Of a stretch of 44,641 bases of DNA, positions 16,791-26,656 are shown in pieces. The first letter of the stretch is position 1, and each line of letters starts with the position of its first letter. The stretch comes from a virus (lineage: Duplodnaviria; Caudoviricetes): positions 1 to 44,641 of IMG/VR virus record IMGVR_UViG_3300017651_000190; one strand, given 5' to 3'. Below the pieces are notes generated by a model that made no database searches, was not told the DNA's origin, and saw nothing but the letters and a program-made list of their open reading frames with translations. The translations under genes were made by a program, and so were the position numbers.

Positions 16791-16946
16791 CTACTTCTTG
16801 GCCTTGGCGGTTTCGCTGATCGCGATCCGGCGCAGCTCGTCGGCCGACTGCGGCCACGTCACCACGTACCCGGCGGCGGCGGCCTGCTCGATCGCGGTGG
16901 CGAGCTGCGCGGCGGCCTCTCGCACCGCCTTTTCCTTTGCGGTCAT
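16791..16946 (-). CDS. Small hypothetical protein (51 aa), not in the ORF track
   Basis: AGGAAAGGA RBS; MTAKEKAVREAAAQLATAIEQAAAAGYVVTWPQSADELRRIAISETAKAKK. Confidence 0.7.
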   Translation of the reverse strand: MTAKEKAVREAAAQLATAIEQAAAAGYVVTWPQSADELRRIAISETAKAKK

Positions 16947-16971
16947 TTCGCTGGTCCTTTCCTGCTGAAGA

Positions 16972-18162
16972 TCACGCGGCGGCCGAGGTCTGGTAGACGA
17001 TCATGCTGCGATCGAAGGCACCGCCGCGCTCGTCGACGCCCACCAGCAGACTGAAGGACTGCGTTCGGCCGTTGTCCTGCCCGATCTCGCCCTTCGTCGC
17101 CGAGGCGAGTGTCATGTTGCCGATGAAGAAGGAGCAGAAATCGGCGGCGCCGGTCTCGTGCTCCTCGAACAGCAGGTGCAGGCTGAGTTCCGTTTCGTTC
17201 AGGAACTGCTGCGACCGGGCGACATCCTGCTTGAGCGCGGTGATCGTGCCCTCGACCGTCGCAAGGTTGGTGAAGACCTCCGGCGTGACGACAGAGCCGA
17301 CGACGGGGGTTCCGGAGGCGTTCAGATTGAGGGTCAGATCAATCGACGACACGTCCAGCACATCGCTGCCGCCAAGCCTGATCTTGGCCTCAACGGCGGT
17401 CAGGCCGATCGTCACGGTTTCCGATGGCGACGTGAAGTAGGGCGCGGCAACGCCGGTCATCACCTCCATGTCCTGACCGACCAGACCGAAGGTGAGGATG
17501 CACATGCCGTTCGGCTGCATCTGGAGTTGCATCGAGCCGACGCGGACGCCCTTGAAGACTTCCGAGCCGTCGATATCGATCTCATGCTCTTCGAAGGTGA
17601 ACGACCGATGCGTCATGCCCTGAATGAGCTTCTTCGGACGGGTGATCGTGAACGAGGTATCCGCCGTCGCATTGGCCGTCAGCGTCTCGGCCACGGTGAT
17701 GACGGTCGCGGTCAGCGCGGTGATGCGCAGGTTGCGATTGTTGTTGTCGGCAGACGAATGATCGGTGAGCCGAATGACATCGCCGACGCGCAGGCCCTGC
17801 GTGATCCACGAGCCGCCTGCCGCGACGATGGTGTTCGCCGTCGTCGTGATGCTCGTCATGGCGGTATTCGTTACCGTGATGGCCGGCGAGAAGGTCCCGC
17901 GAAACACTGCCTGGATCAGCTCGTCAAACGTCCCAACGCTCAGGTCGCCGGCATACTGGCCCGTAACGCTGCGCGAGCCATGCCGGCCGCGTGTCGACAT
18001 CCCGTCGCGGCGGACCTCGTTGGACCTGATCGGTTCCTTCGCGAGCGACAGTTGCCCGCTGTTCGGGCGGAACGCCTTGGCGCCGGTACCGCCCGGCAGA
18101 GTGCCGAAAACCGTTTCCTGCTTGTACGACACGGCGACGTTGCGCCCCGACTGGTAAGCCAT
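16972..18162 (-). CDS. Major tail tube protein
   Basis: YKQETVFGTLP, IRSNEVRRDG, RSFTFEE motifs; synteny after the tail terminator. Confidence 0.88.
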   Translation of the reverse strand: MAYQSGRNVAVSYKQETVFGTLPGGTGAKAFRPNSGQLSLAKEPIRSNEVRRDGMSTRGRHGSRSVTGQYAGDLSVGTFDELIQAVFRGTFSPAITVTNTAMTSITTTANTIVAAGGSWITQGLRVGDVIRLTDHSSADNNNRNLRITALTATVITVAETLTANATADTSFTITRPKKLIQGMTHRSFTFEEHEIDIDGSEVFKGVRVGSMQLQMQPNGMCILTFGLVGQDMEVMTGVAAPYFTSPSETVTIGLTAVEAKIRLGGSDVLDVSSIDLTLNLNASGTPVVGSVVTPEVFTNLATVEGTITALKQDVARSQQFLNETELSLHLLFEEHETGAADFCSFFIGNMTLASATKGEIGQDNGRTQSFSLLVGVDERGGAFDRSMIVYQTSAAA

Positions 18163-18200
18163 GGGGTTTTCCTTTCCAGATTGTCAGTGAAGGGCGGCGC

Positions 18201-18683
18201 TCAGCCGCGATGCCAGTATTCGAAGGGGCAAGTCATGGTGACGCGGAACCACGCGCCGGTGTGCGACCACTCGATGTCGCTGCTGGATGTTGCCTCACCG
18301 CCCTCGTCGACACGCGGAGCCCATGTGCGGACATAGCAACCGTCGCCGTTGTCGTAGAAAACCTTCGCGCGGAAGATTTCCCCGATCGCCGTGGCATATG
18401 CGGTTGACAGCGCGTCGCCGGTGCCCTGCGGCACGAAGACATGGACGAGGATCAGCCCATCCGTCACCCAGACCTGAGAACCGGGCTTGCCTGCCCCGCG
18501 CATGGAACTGCCCGACGTGGCGATTTCCAGATGCGCCCACGGCAGCAGCTTGGGCATCGGATCGGCCGTGACGGGCGGCCACGGATCATCGGGCGTCTCG
18601 TTCTGGAAGGTGATGCGCGTCGTCGGCCAGTTTGCCACCAGCCGCGCCCGGATCGCAGCCTTCGCCCCGGTATAGTCGCCCAT
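18201..18683 (-). CDS. Tail terminator protein
   Basis: G...V.VFVP.G.G....A..I..IF motif; synteny. Confidence 0.8.
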   Translation of the reverse strand: MGDYTGAKAAIRARLVANWPTTRITFQNETPDDPWPPVTADPMPKLLPWAHLEIATSGSSMRGAGKPGSQVWVTDGLILVHVFVPQGTGDALSTAYATAIGEIFRAKVFYDNGDGCYVRTWAPRVDEGGEATSSSDIEWSHTGAWFRVTMTCPFEYWHRG

Positions 18684-18684
18684 G

Positions 18685-19284
18685 TCAGCGCCTCGGCCTG
18701 ATGACGAGCGCGGGGTATCGAAGCCCCGGCTTATTGTAGGCTCGCCCGACAGCGGTCGTACCGCCGATCAGGCCGCGATAGGTGAACGTGATCGAGGCTC
18801 GATTGCCGAACCGCCGAACCAGCACCTGCGCGGCCTGCTCATAGACCCGATCGGTTCCCGGAACGCGCATCTTCATGGTGCCCGCCTCGATCTTGCGGGC
18901 GTATGGAACGCCGTTCATGATGATCACCTCATCCGAACCGTCCCAATCGGCCAAGTTGCGGGCCGGCGCGCCATTCACGTAGAGGGTGTGCGAGCGCCGG
19001 TAGACATCCTCCAGCACCGGCGAGAAGTCGAACAGCGCGTCGAAAGCCTCGCGAACGATATCGTCGAGGCGAGCATACCGATAGCGGATCACGCCGCCGG
19101 CCTTCACCTGCTCCTCGCGGGCGCCCGGTATGCCATCGACCTGCCGGCTGAAGCGCGACGGGCGCGGTTCGGTCGTCATTATCCGCGCATGCTCGCGCTT
19201 CGCCGCAGCGACGAGGGCTTGGCGAACTTGATCCCTCGTGCCCTTGGCGGCCACGGTGAAGACCTGCACGGCGTTGCGCGCCAT
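18685..19284 (-). CDS. Neck / tail completion protein (HK97 gp10-like)
   Basis: SPV....Y..SH and N.VPYARKIE.G motifs. Confidence 0.78.
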   Translation of the reverse strand: MARNAVQVFTVAAKGTRDQVRQALVAAAKREHARIMTTEPRPSRFSRQVDGIPGAREEQVKAGGVIRYRYARLDDIVREAFDALFDFSPVLEDVYRRSHTLYVNGAPARNLADWDGSDEVIIMNGVPYARKIEAGTMKMRVPGTDRVYEQAAQVLVRRFGNRASITFTYRGLIGGTTAVGRAYNKPGLRYPALVIRPRR

Positions 19285-19601
19285 CAGGTGAGCCTCACCC
19301 GCATTTCCAGACGCACGAGCACGTCATTGAGATAGATCGGCTCTACCTCCTGCACCTTGCCGAGTTTGCCGGCCGTCGCGAAATCGTCGCCCGCGCGTGG
19401 CAGATCACCGCCGAAGTCGCTGGGTGAGGATATCACCGTGCGATCGGCGAGAGTGATAAGCCCGACGACCTTCTCCAGCTTGTAGGAGCGAACGAAGCCA
19501 CGACCAGACCTGACAACTCCGGAACCTCTCTGCAGGGTAATCGTCTGCCCATGCTGTGCAAGCTGCCTGTCAAGCATGGCGATAGCATCTGACGGGGTCA
19601 T
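19284..19601 (-). CDS. Head closure (head-tail joining) protein
   Basis: 105 aa, GQTITLQR...P..GD; synteny. Confidence 0.72.
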   Translation of the reverse strand: MTPSDAIAMLDRQLAQHGQTITLQRGSGVVRSGRGFVRSYKLEKVVGLITLADRTVISSPSDFGGDLPRAGDDFATAGKLGKVQEVEPIYLNDVLVRLEMRVRLT

Positions 19602-20209
19602 ACCTGCGGCACCTTCAATCCGGAAAGCAGGCTTTCCGCCGCCGCGCGCACATGCGCGGAGACGCTGGCGCCATCGAAATAGGTGCGGACACCAACGCCC
19701 TCGACCGTCTCCGAACGTAGCCCCGGCGATGACGGGTCATGTCGCAGCAGGTCCTGCACCATGAGAATGACGGCAAACTTCGCTTCTTCCGGGACATCAC
19801 CCGTTCCGCCGTCGCTGACGGCGGTGCCGTTGAATCCGGCGCGATACCGGATGCGATGCAACGGACAGCGAAGCCACGCGCTGCCACCCCGTGCCACGAC
19901 ATCCTCGCCGCTCACACGATACAGCGAAGGGCCGACGATCGCGTCATTTCCAACATGGTCTTCGCCTATGACACTGACGATATCGATGAGAGGAGGGCAA
20001 GGCAGACGGAATCGGCACCCGGAGAAATTCCCCGCGACCTCGATCGTCTGCACGCCGAGAGCACGGCCAAGCCACCCGGCTGGGCCGTCGATCATCCGCG
20101 TTGCAGCCGTGATCGCGCGCGCGACGGATGCATCGTCAGGTGCATGGCTGCCAGGGATATCCGCCGGCGTGAGGATCGCCGCCGGCGGAACGATGACGCG
20201 GATGAACAT
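19598..20209 (-). CDS. Head-tail connector/adaptor (HK97 gp6-like)
   Basis: IDGP.GWLGRAL..QT, LP.PPL, YRAGF, VP...K.AVIL.V motifs. Confidence 0.85.
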   Translation of the reverse strand: MFIRVIVPPAAILTPADIPGSHAPDDASVARAITAATRMIDGPAGWLGRALGVQTIEVAGNFSGCRFRLPCPPLIDIVSVIGEDHVGNDAIVGPSLYRVSGEDVVARGGSAWLRCPLHRIRYRAGFNGTAVSDGGTGDVPEEAKFAVILMVQDLLRHDPSSPGLRSETVEGVGVRTYFDGASVSAHVRAAAESLLSGLKVPQV

Positions 20210-20214
20210 CCGAC

Positions 20215-20589
20215 CTATTTCTCCGCCTTCGGCTGCTCGCCGTAGACGCTCAGGTCGAGACCCTGGCCGGCGAACTCCGGATCGGATGGATGACGCCGCG
20301 CCGGATCGTTGAAGTCGCCGCCATTCTGCACCGCCGACGTGCCGGCACGAGGATTGTTCTCAACGGAAGGATGATCGACCGGGATGGCGGCCTTGATCTC
20401 CGGCTCGACGAATGCGCCGGACCCACTGTCCATCTCGGTTGCGGGCGCCGGATTCGTTACCGCCATTTCGGCCGGCAACCTGCCCTCCTCGGCAGCCTTG
20501 TCGGTCGCATGCCGGGCCGCTTCCTCGCGGCGCTTCTGCTCTTCTGCGGCAACGTCCGTCGCCGTCTCTTCCACGGTCTTCTTCGCCAT
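20215..20589 (-). CDS. Hypothetical head-region protein (acidic, low complexity)
   Basis: AGGAG RBS, MAKKTVEE start; directly after the capsid gene. Confidence 0.7.
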   Translation of the reverse strand: MAKKTVEETATDVAAEEQKRREEAARHATDKAAEEGRLPAEMAVTNPAPATEMDSGSGAFVEPEIKAAIPVDHPSVENNPRAGTSAVQNGGDFNDPARRHPSDPEFAGQGLDLSVYGEQPKAEK

Positions 20590-20631
20590 CTGACTGGCTC
20601 CTGTTGTCGGTTGCGGGGAATGCACTGCGGT

Positions 20632-20658
20632 TGTCGGCGGCGCGGTCCGCCGCCGACA
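20632..20658 (-). promoter_or_regulatory. Stem-loop downstream of the capsid gene
   Basis: TGTCGGCGGCG-N5-CGCCGCCGACA perfect 11-bp stem; no U-tract. Confidence 0.6.
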
Positions 20659-20678
20659 TAGTTTGAACGACGCTCCGA

Positions 20679-21932
20679 TCAGGAAGCGGCCATCTTCAGC
20701 GCCTTGAGCGCCTGCGGGTCCAGCACGCCGCCACCCACGCGCTTCGTGGTGTAGAACATCACGTAGGGCTTGTTGGTGTAGGGATCGCGCAGCACGCGGA
20801 CACCGGTGCGGTCGACGATCAGGTAGCCGCGGCGGAAGTCGCCAAAGGCGATCGGCACCGCGCTGGCCGCGATATTCGGCATCGCCGCCATTTCGGTGAC
20901 GGGATAGCTGAGAAGCTGCGATGGCTGTCCGAGCTGGAACGACGGCTGCCAGATGTAGTTGCCCTCACCGTCCTTCAGCTTGCGCGCCGTACCGAGAGCG
21001 TTGCGGTTCAGCACGAAGCGAGCATTCTGCTGCATGACCTGCGGCAGCAGGTACACGAGGTCGATCAGCTCGTCCGTGGTGATTGCCGTCGCGCTCGCAG
21101 CGGTCTTCAACTGGATTGCGCCGAAGGGATGTACGGCGGCGTTGGCCGCGCCGGTCACATAGGTCAGGAAGCCGAAGGGCTTGTTCGTGCCGTTGCCGGA
21201 AACGAACGCCAGACCCTCCTGATAGGCGAACTCGGTTTCGACCTCGCCCGCCAGCCACGCTTCGAGATCGATTTCCGCATCGTCGAGAAGCTGCTGCGTT
21301 GCCGCCGGATTGGCATAGAGCTCGCCAGGCGTGAAGGTCAGCGGGCCGAACTCGGGAGTCGTCGTCTCGGGACGCGCTGCCGTCTCGCCCACCCAGCCCG
21401 AGCCGGTGCCGCGCAGGTTGAACAGCTTCTTGAAGCCGGCCGTGCTGATCGTCTGCACCTGCGCGATCGAACGCATGGGCGAGATCTCGACCAGCTTGTC
21501 GACGATGGTGCGATCCCACTCGATCGGCGCGAGATAGCCGCCCTCGTCGTCGGCGCCCTTGTTGAGCGCGGCGTTGACCGTTCCCTTGGCGAAATGCGCG
21601 CGGAACGACTCGGAATACTCCGCGTCGCGCAGCTCGCGCTCACCGCTGTTGAGCTGAGCCGCGGCGAGCTTGGCGTTGAGATCATCGATCGCCTTCTGGA
21701 AATCGCCCACGGCGGCGTCGATACGGGTGACCTTTTCGTCGAGCACCACATCGGCCTTGCCCTTGAGCTTCTCGTCGTTCGCGGACTTGAAGTCCTCGAA
21801 CGCCTTCTGAAGCTCGGCGAGCAGTTTCCTCGGGTCGTTCGCATCTGCGCGGGGAGCCGTGGTTACGGCCCGCGGGCGCGCGGCAAGCGGGTTCGCGAGG
21901 GCGAAGGCCCCCGGTGCAATGTGCTTCATCAT
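20679..21932 (-). CDS. Major capsid protein, HK97 fold
   Basis: Coiled-coil delta domain, EGGYLAP, GWVGE, IAFGDF..GY.IVDR, RVGGGV motifs. Confidence 0.97.
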   Translation of the reverse strand: MMKHIAPGAFALANPLAARPRAVTTAPRADANDPRKLLAELQKAFEDFKSANDEKLKGKADVVLDEKVTRIDAAVGDFQKAIDDLNAKLAAAQLNSGERELRDAEYSESFRAHFAKGTVNAALNKGADDEGGYLAPIEWDRTIVDKLVEISPMRSIAQVQTISTAGFKKLFNLRGTGSGWVGETAARPETTTPEFGPLTFTPGELYANPAATQQLLDDAEIDLEAWLAGEVETEFAYQEGLAFVSGNGTNKPFGFLTYVTGAANAAVHPFGAIQLKTAASATAITTDELIDLVYLLPQVMQQNARFVLNRNALGTARKLKDGEGNYIWQPSFQLGQPSQLLSYPVTEMAAMPNIAASAVPIAFGDFRRGYLIVDRTGVRVLRDPYTNKPYVMFYTTKRVGGGVLDPQALKALKMAAS

Positions 21933-21939
21933 GATCTCC

Positions 21940-22818
21940 TTAGGAACGAAGCGTGGAAAGGAGCCCGGAAAGTCCGGACCAGTCGTCGCCAGCGCCCGGC
22001 GTGGCTTCAGCGGCAGCGCCCGGCGTGCCGCTGATCCTGCTGAGACGGGCGCGCGCTTCGGAGCGCGTCATGCCCGCCTGGACGAGCGACAGCTCCGCCG
22101 CCCGCAATTCATTGATGGTGCGATCACTGGCCTTCGCGTCCTCGTCGACCGTGATCGTGTCGGCCGGCAGCAGAGCGTCGGCAAAGCCGCGATCCATTGC
22201 CTGCTTGCCGGACATGTACGTCTCGGCGTCCATCCACTTAGCGACCTGGTCGGCCTTCTGTCCGGAACGCGCCGCATAGACATCGACCATGGCGGCATCG
22301 AACGGTTCAAGCCATTCGGAGGTCTCGCGCATGTCGTGCCGGTTGCCGATCGCCAGCACCCAGCAATTGTGGATCATGATGAACGACGCCGCGCCGATCT
22401 CGATGCGGTCGCCGGCCATGGCGATGATCGACGCCGCCGAGGCCGCCATGCCCATGACCTTCACCGTGATCTCCTGCGGATGCTCGCGCAGCACGTTGTA
22501 GATCGCGATGCCCTCGAACATGTCGCCGCCGGGCGAATTGATCTGCACCTCGACGGGCCGGTCGCCGATGGCGCGCAGCTGCGCCGCGACCTTCTTCGCC
22601 GTGACCCCGCCGCCGCTCCACCAGTCCTCGCCTATGACGTCGAACATGCTGATGACGTTGTCACCGGCTTCGAGCGCACGGATGCCGGAGGCCTCGTCGC
22701 TCCACTTGTCGAAGACCGTCGACTTGGTGAACGCCTCGACCTTGCGGTTTGCCGGCACCGGGAGCGCGCCGGGTCGCGCCTTCGCGAACACGCGAGGGCG
22801 GCAGGGGTGCTGTCGCAT
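21940..22818 (-). CDS. ClpP-like prohead maturation protease
   Basis: INSPGGDMFEG.AIYN, GMAASAASIIAMAGD, MIHN, ETYM motifs. Confidence 0.95.
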   Translation of the reverse strand: MRQHPCRPRVFAKARPGALPVPANRKVEAFTKSTVFDKWSDEASGIRALEAGDNVISMFDVIGEDWWSGGGVTAKKVAAQLRAIGDRPVEVQINSPGGDMFEGIAIYNVLREHPQEITVKVMGMAASAASIIAMAGDRIEIGAASFIMIHNCWVLAIGNRHDMRETSEWLEPFDAAMVDVYAARSGQKADQVAKWMDAETYMSGKQAMDRGFADALLPADTITVDEDAKASDRTINELRAAELSLVQAGMTRSEARARLSRISGTPGAAAEATPGAGDDWSGLSGLLSTLRS

Positions 22819-22828
22819 GGGATTTTCC

Positions 22829-24091
22829 TCAGTCTTTCAGGGGAGGACCGCCATTGTGGCCGGTCATCGTGTTCGGCGGGGCTTCCCGCTTCGGCAAATC
22901 CATCGTGTCGCGGGCTTCGTCGGCCCACATCCACGGCTGATGACCACCGGAGCCGAGCGCCTTGGCGAGGTAGTCGGCCTGATCCTTCAGAGATCCGCGC
23001 AGCAATGCGCCGGCGTTGAACTTGGCTGCATAGACACCCTGCTCGTCGTCGGCGAGAAGCGTGCGCTCCACCGCCTGCTGCCAGGCCTCGAACCACGGGT
23101 TCAGCGCATAGGCGACGAAGAACTGGCCCAGCGCCTCGATGCCCGAACCCCAGCTTGTCTCGTCCACCATCAGCAGCGGCCGCGGCACGCCGGTAACGCG
23201 CGCGATCTCCTCGACTTGAAGCTTGCGCAGTTCGGTGAGCTGCGAATCCCGCGCCGACTTCGTCCCGGCATCCCACTTCATCCCTTCTTCGAGGATGAGG
23301 GACTTGCCGGCGTTCTCGGCGCCTTCCTTGTCGGCAAGACTGTCCCTGAGGCGATTGTACGCCTCGACGGAGAGCTTGCCCGGATGCGTGAGCGCCTGCC
23401 CCGCGAGGACCCCGTTCTTGAACAGGCGGCCGGCCGCCATTTCCGCGGCAAGCGCGATGGCGATGGCATCGCGCGCCTGCTTCACCAGCGACAGCCCGTG
23501 CAAGCCGTCGAGCGACAGGCCGCGCAGGTGGAAAACCTCTGATGCCTTCAGCCTGCGAGGCGTGCCGCTCTTCGGCCGGTATTCGTAGTGGACGCTCCAA
23601 TCGGCCCCTTGCTTGACCTCGACACACGACGGATCGAGCGGCACGATCTGCGCGACGCCATCACGCTGGCGCCGAATATCGCGGCTGTTCACGACCAGGG
23701 CGTATGAATCGCCGTAGACCAGTGCGCGCATCTGCATGAGCGACCGGAAATCGAAGGCCGATTGCCAGCCGTTCGGCTTCCGATGCAGCACCCGGTAGAG
23801 CGGATGATCCTTGGCCTTTTCCTTCGTGTCCTCATTGATGAGGTGCAGCGGCAGCATCCCGATCGAGTTGGAGATGAGGCTGACCGCGCGGAACATCGCC
23901 GGATTGCGGAGTGCCTGCGTGACACCGACGCTTTTGCCTGTCACCGCGTCGATGCCGCCGCGCATGAAGTCGAGGAGCAGAGGATCTGTCAGCGACAACG
24001 CCATCACGGCCTCGCCGCCATAGCCGCGCGGCTCAGCCGCAGCGGAGGCCGGCGCCGAGGCGCGCGACCGGAAGAGGTCAAAAATTCCCAT
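22829..24091 (-). CDS. Portal protein, HK97 family
   Basis: HPLYRVL..KPN.WQS, EVFHLRG..LDG..GLS, LEEGMKW, EIAR..GVP motifs. Confidence 0.96.
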   Translation of the reverse strand: MGIFDLFRSRASAPASAAAEPRGYGGEAVMALSLTDPLLLDFMRGGIDAVTGKSVGVTQALRNPAMFRAVSLISNSIGMLPLHLINEDTKEKAKDHPLYRVLHRKPNGWQSAFDFRSLMQMRALVYGDSYALVVNSRDIRRQRDGVAQIVPLDPSCVEVKQGADWSVHYEYRPKSGTPRRLKASEVFHLRGLSLDGLHGLSLVKQARDAIAIALAAEMAAGRLFKNGVLAGQALTHPGKLSVEAYNRLRDSLADKEGAENAGKSLILEEGMKWDAGTKSARDSQLTELRKLQVEEIARVTGVPRPLLMVDETSWGSGIEALGQFFVAYALNPWFEAWQQAVERTLLADDEQGVYAAKFNAGALLRGSLKDQADYLAKALGSGGHQPWMWADEARDTMDLPKREAPPNTMTGHNGGPPLKD

Positions 24092-24097
24092 CCGTCC

Positions 24098-25885
24098 TCA
24101 CACCATCAGGATGCCGCGTTCTTCGTAGACGGAACTTTCCGAGCCTGTGCTGATAGCCAAGCCGCACGCCATCACTGCAGCGACGATCCCGTCAATCTTC
24201 TCCGCGCTGCGCTTCTTTGTCGGCACGAAATTCAGGTTCTCATCGAACCGGACGGCCGCATTGCCCGCCATCCAGCGGAGAACGGGATTGCCGCCATGGT
24301 CCAGTTGCCCCGAGACGACCAGCTTTTCGAGGAACTTGGTCGGCTCACCGAGTGTCTGGGCACCTTGCCGCATCTTCAGGAAAAGCTCCTCCGGAGCGCC
24401 TTCCTTCACCAGATCGGTGTAGAGCTTGGTCGCGTTCCACGGATCGTAGCCGATTGCCGCTACATCGAAGACCTCAAGCCCCTCCAGCACCGCAAGCTTC
24501 ACATAGTCCTGATCGACGTAGTCGCCGGGCGTCGCGGTGATTGCCCCGGCCGACATCCACTTGTCGTAGGAAACGCGGTCCTGCTTCACGCGACGCGTGA
24601 TGCTCTCTTCCGGAACCCAGAAGCGACAAACCAGAATCCACTTGTCGTTCTCTTCATCGGGCGGAAAGACCCACACCAGCGCGGTGATGTCGTCCGTCGA
24701 CGATATATCGAAGGCGCCGAAGCAGCGCCGGCCAGCCAGACCGGCCGCCGCCATTGCCTGCTGGAAATCCTCGCCCTCCCCGACGACGTAAGATTTCCAC
24801 CGTTGCTTGTCCGAAACGCACGCGTCCCACTTCGTCAGGCTCAGCCAGCGGGTGACGGCGTCAATCCACTGGTTCAGGTGGTAGCAGCGGAAATGCGCCT
24901 CGGCGCGTGGGTTATCGACGGCGAGAGATGCTTCGCGCCGCAGAAACTGCATGGTCGGCGATATGCCGAGGGACGGATTGGCCCTCGCCCAATCCTTTTC
25001 ATCGGTCCAGTCGCCGTCCTGATCGATGGCGAAGATCGCGACAAGGCTGGTCGGATCGTCGATCCGACCATCGAGGATGGCAAGGGATTCCTCCCAGAGC
25101 GACCACCCCGTCGCATTGCTCTTCAGGCCAGCCGTGGACGCGTAGAGCTCGATCGGCTCAAGTCGCGCGCCAGTACCCTGACGCAGGGTACTGGCGAGCT
25201 CGGCGCTCTCCCATTCGTGCATTTCGTCGCCGACGATGACGGTCGGCGAGCGGCCGTGCTTGCCCTCGGGCTTGCCGGTCAGCAGTTCGAAGAGCGCGCG
25301 TATCTTCGGTATGTAGATCGACTTCTTGAAGGCCTGCGCCTTGTCCGCCAGGCTGGGCGCCATGGCGATCATCGCCTTCATCTTGTCGAAGACGATGCGC
25401 GCCTGCTTCTCGTCGCGAGCGAAAGCGAACCCTTGTCCACCGATGACACCGTCGAGCACGAAGAAGAGCAGCGCCAGCGCGGCCAGGAACTCCGATTTCC
25501 CGTTCTTGCGCGGCACCCAGAGGAGCAGCCGGCGAAAGAGCCGAACCTGCTCGATGCGCGGCGGCGACTTCTCGTCGTCCCTGATCTCTGTGGGGATCTT
25601 CCACCCGACGAGCAGGCGGACGATTGCCTCCTGCCAAAGGCCGAGCCTGAACGGCTTTCCGGCAAACCGATCTTCCGTCAGCCGGAAGATGCGCGGAAAG
25701 AGCGCCACCGCAGCATCCGCCTTACGCTCATCGAACCATGCGCCGGGCTGGGACGCCGCCCGGCGCCACACCACGCGGACCCATTCCCATCCGCGTCGGT
25801 CGGTGGCTTCCGTCACCCATTCGGGCTCGGGCCAGAGCAGGTGTCCGGCCGAAGCAAGCAACGCCGCGGCCGAGACCGACGACAT
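24098..25885 (-). CDS. terL: Terminase large subunit
   Basis: Walker A VPRKNGKS, Walker B VGDEMHE, STAG, ANPSLG, YDPWNA, KIDGIVA. Confidence 0.97.
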   Translation of the reverse strand: MSSVSAAALLASAGHLLWPEPEWVTEATDRRGWEWVRVVWRRAASQPGAWFDERKADAAVALFPRIFRLTEDRFAGKPFRLGLWQEAIVRLLVGWKIPTEIRDDEKSPPRIEQVRLFRRLLLWVPRKNGKSEFLAALALLFFVLDGVIGGQGFAFARDEKQARIVFDKMKAMIAMAPSLADKAQAFKKSIYIPKIRALFELLTGKPEGKHGRSPTVIVGDEMHEWESAELASTLRQGTGARLEPIELYASTAGLKSNATGWSLWEESLAILDGRIDDPTSLVAIFAIDQDGDWTDEKDWARANPSLGISPTMQFLRREASLAVDNPRAEAHFRCYHLNQWIDAVTRWLSLTKWDACVSDKQRWKSYVVGEGEDFQQAMAAAGLAGRRCFGAFDISSTDDITALVWVFPPDEENDKWILVCRFWVPEESITRRVKQDRVSYDKWMSAGAITATPGDYVDQDYVKLAVLEGLEVFDVAAIGYDPWNATKLYTDLVKEGAPEELFLKMRQGAQTLGEPTKFLEKLVVSGQLDHGGNPVLRWMAGNAAVRFDENLNFVPTKKRSAEKIDGIVAAVMACGLAISTGSESSVYEERGILMV

Positions 25886-25886
25886 G

Positions 25887-26516
25887 TCAATTCATGCGGC
25901 TCGGCGGCGGCGAATCGAACTCGGCCAGAAGGCCGACCGGATTGTCTTCCGGCTGCGTCGAGGTAGCCGCGGCACTCGCCGCATCCTGTCTGGTGTCCGC
26001 GTTGCCGGCGTCATTCCCGAACAACGGCAGGAGACCATGTGAGGCGGCCTGGTCGCGCATGATCTTGTACCGGGCATCGGGACGCATGCCGAACGCCGCC
26101 TCCGTCTCCCGCAGCATCTTCTCGATATCCTGACAGGCCTGCCAGGCGGGATGACGTTTCTTCGTCGGCTCCCCGTTCGTGCCGATGGCGTCGAACCAGG
26201 TCCCCTCCTTCTGCACCGTCAGATCGGCCGCGATCCACTCCGCGACGTAGCGGCAGTATCGGCCGAGCGCCAACGCATCGAGCTGCGTCGCAAGGTTGAG
26301 CTGCAGCAATTGCGGCAGCACGTCGTTCCATATCTCGGTCGCCTTGCGGCTCTTCTTCAGCCACTTCGGCGGACGGACATTGCCGACCGACACCGGCTGG
26401 GGGCGCGCGCTGCGCTCGGCACGGATCGCCTGCGCCTCGGCCGATGACATTCGCTTGCCCGGAGCCCCGCGTTCTGCCTGCTGCTCGGGCGTCTGCGGCT
26501 TTCGGCCACGAGCCAT
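25887..26516 (-). CDS. terS: Terminase small subunit, P27 family
   Basis: MARGRKP, PPKWL, L.RYC, HPA, FGM.P.AR motifs. Confidence 0.92.
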   Translation of the reverse strand: MARGRKPQTPEQQAERGAPGKRMSSAEAQAIRAERSARPQPVSVGNVRPPKWLKKSRKATEIWNDVLPQLLQLNLATQLDALALGRYCRYVAEWIAADLTVQKEGTWFDAIGTNGEPTKKRHPAWQACQDIEKMLRETEAAFGMRPDARYKIMRDQAASHGLLPLFGNDAGNADTRQDAASAAATSTQPEDNPVGLLAEFDSPPPSRMN

Positions 26517-26559
26517 GATCCAACTCCGGGACGATTGCAGGCGCCAACCACGAATGCCT

Positions 26560-26656
26560 GCCGAAAAAAAGAAATTCGCGAATTTCGCGGCGATACACGC
26601 GTGCTTCCCCGGCGGTCCGGGGTCCGCACCGCCCAGACTTTCGCCCCCCCCCTCCC
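26560..26656. other. Probable cos packaging region
   Basis: Between HNH and terS; G-run GGGAGGGGGGGG on the - strand, then GACCGCCGGGG; perfect palindrome GAAATTCGCGAATTTC at 26571-26586; A-tract. Cut site not determined. Confidence 0.6.
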
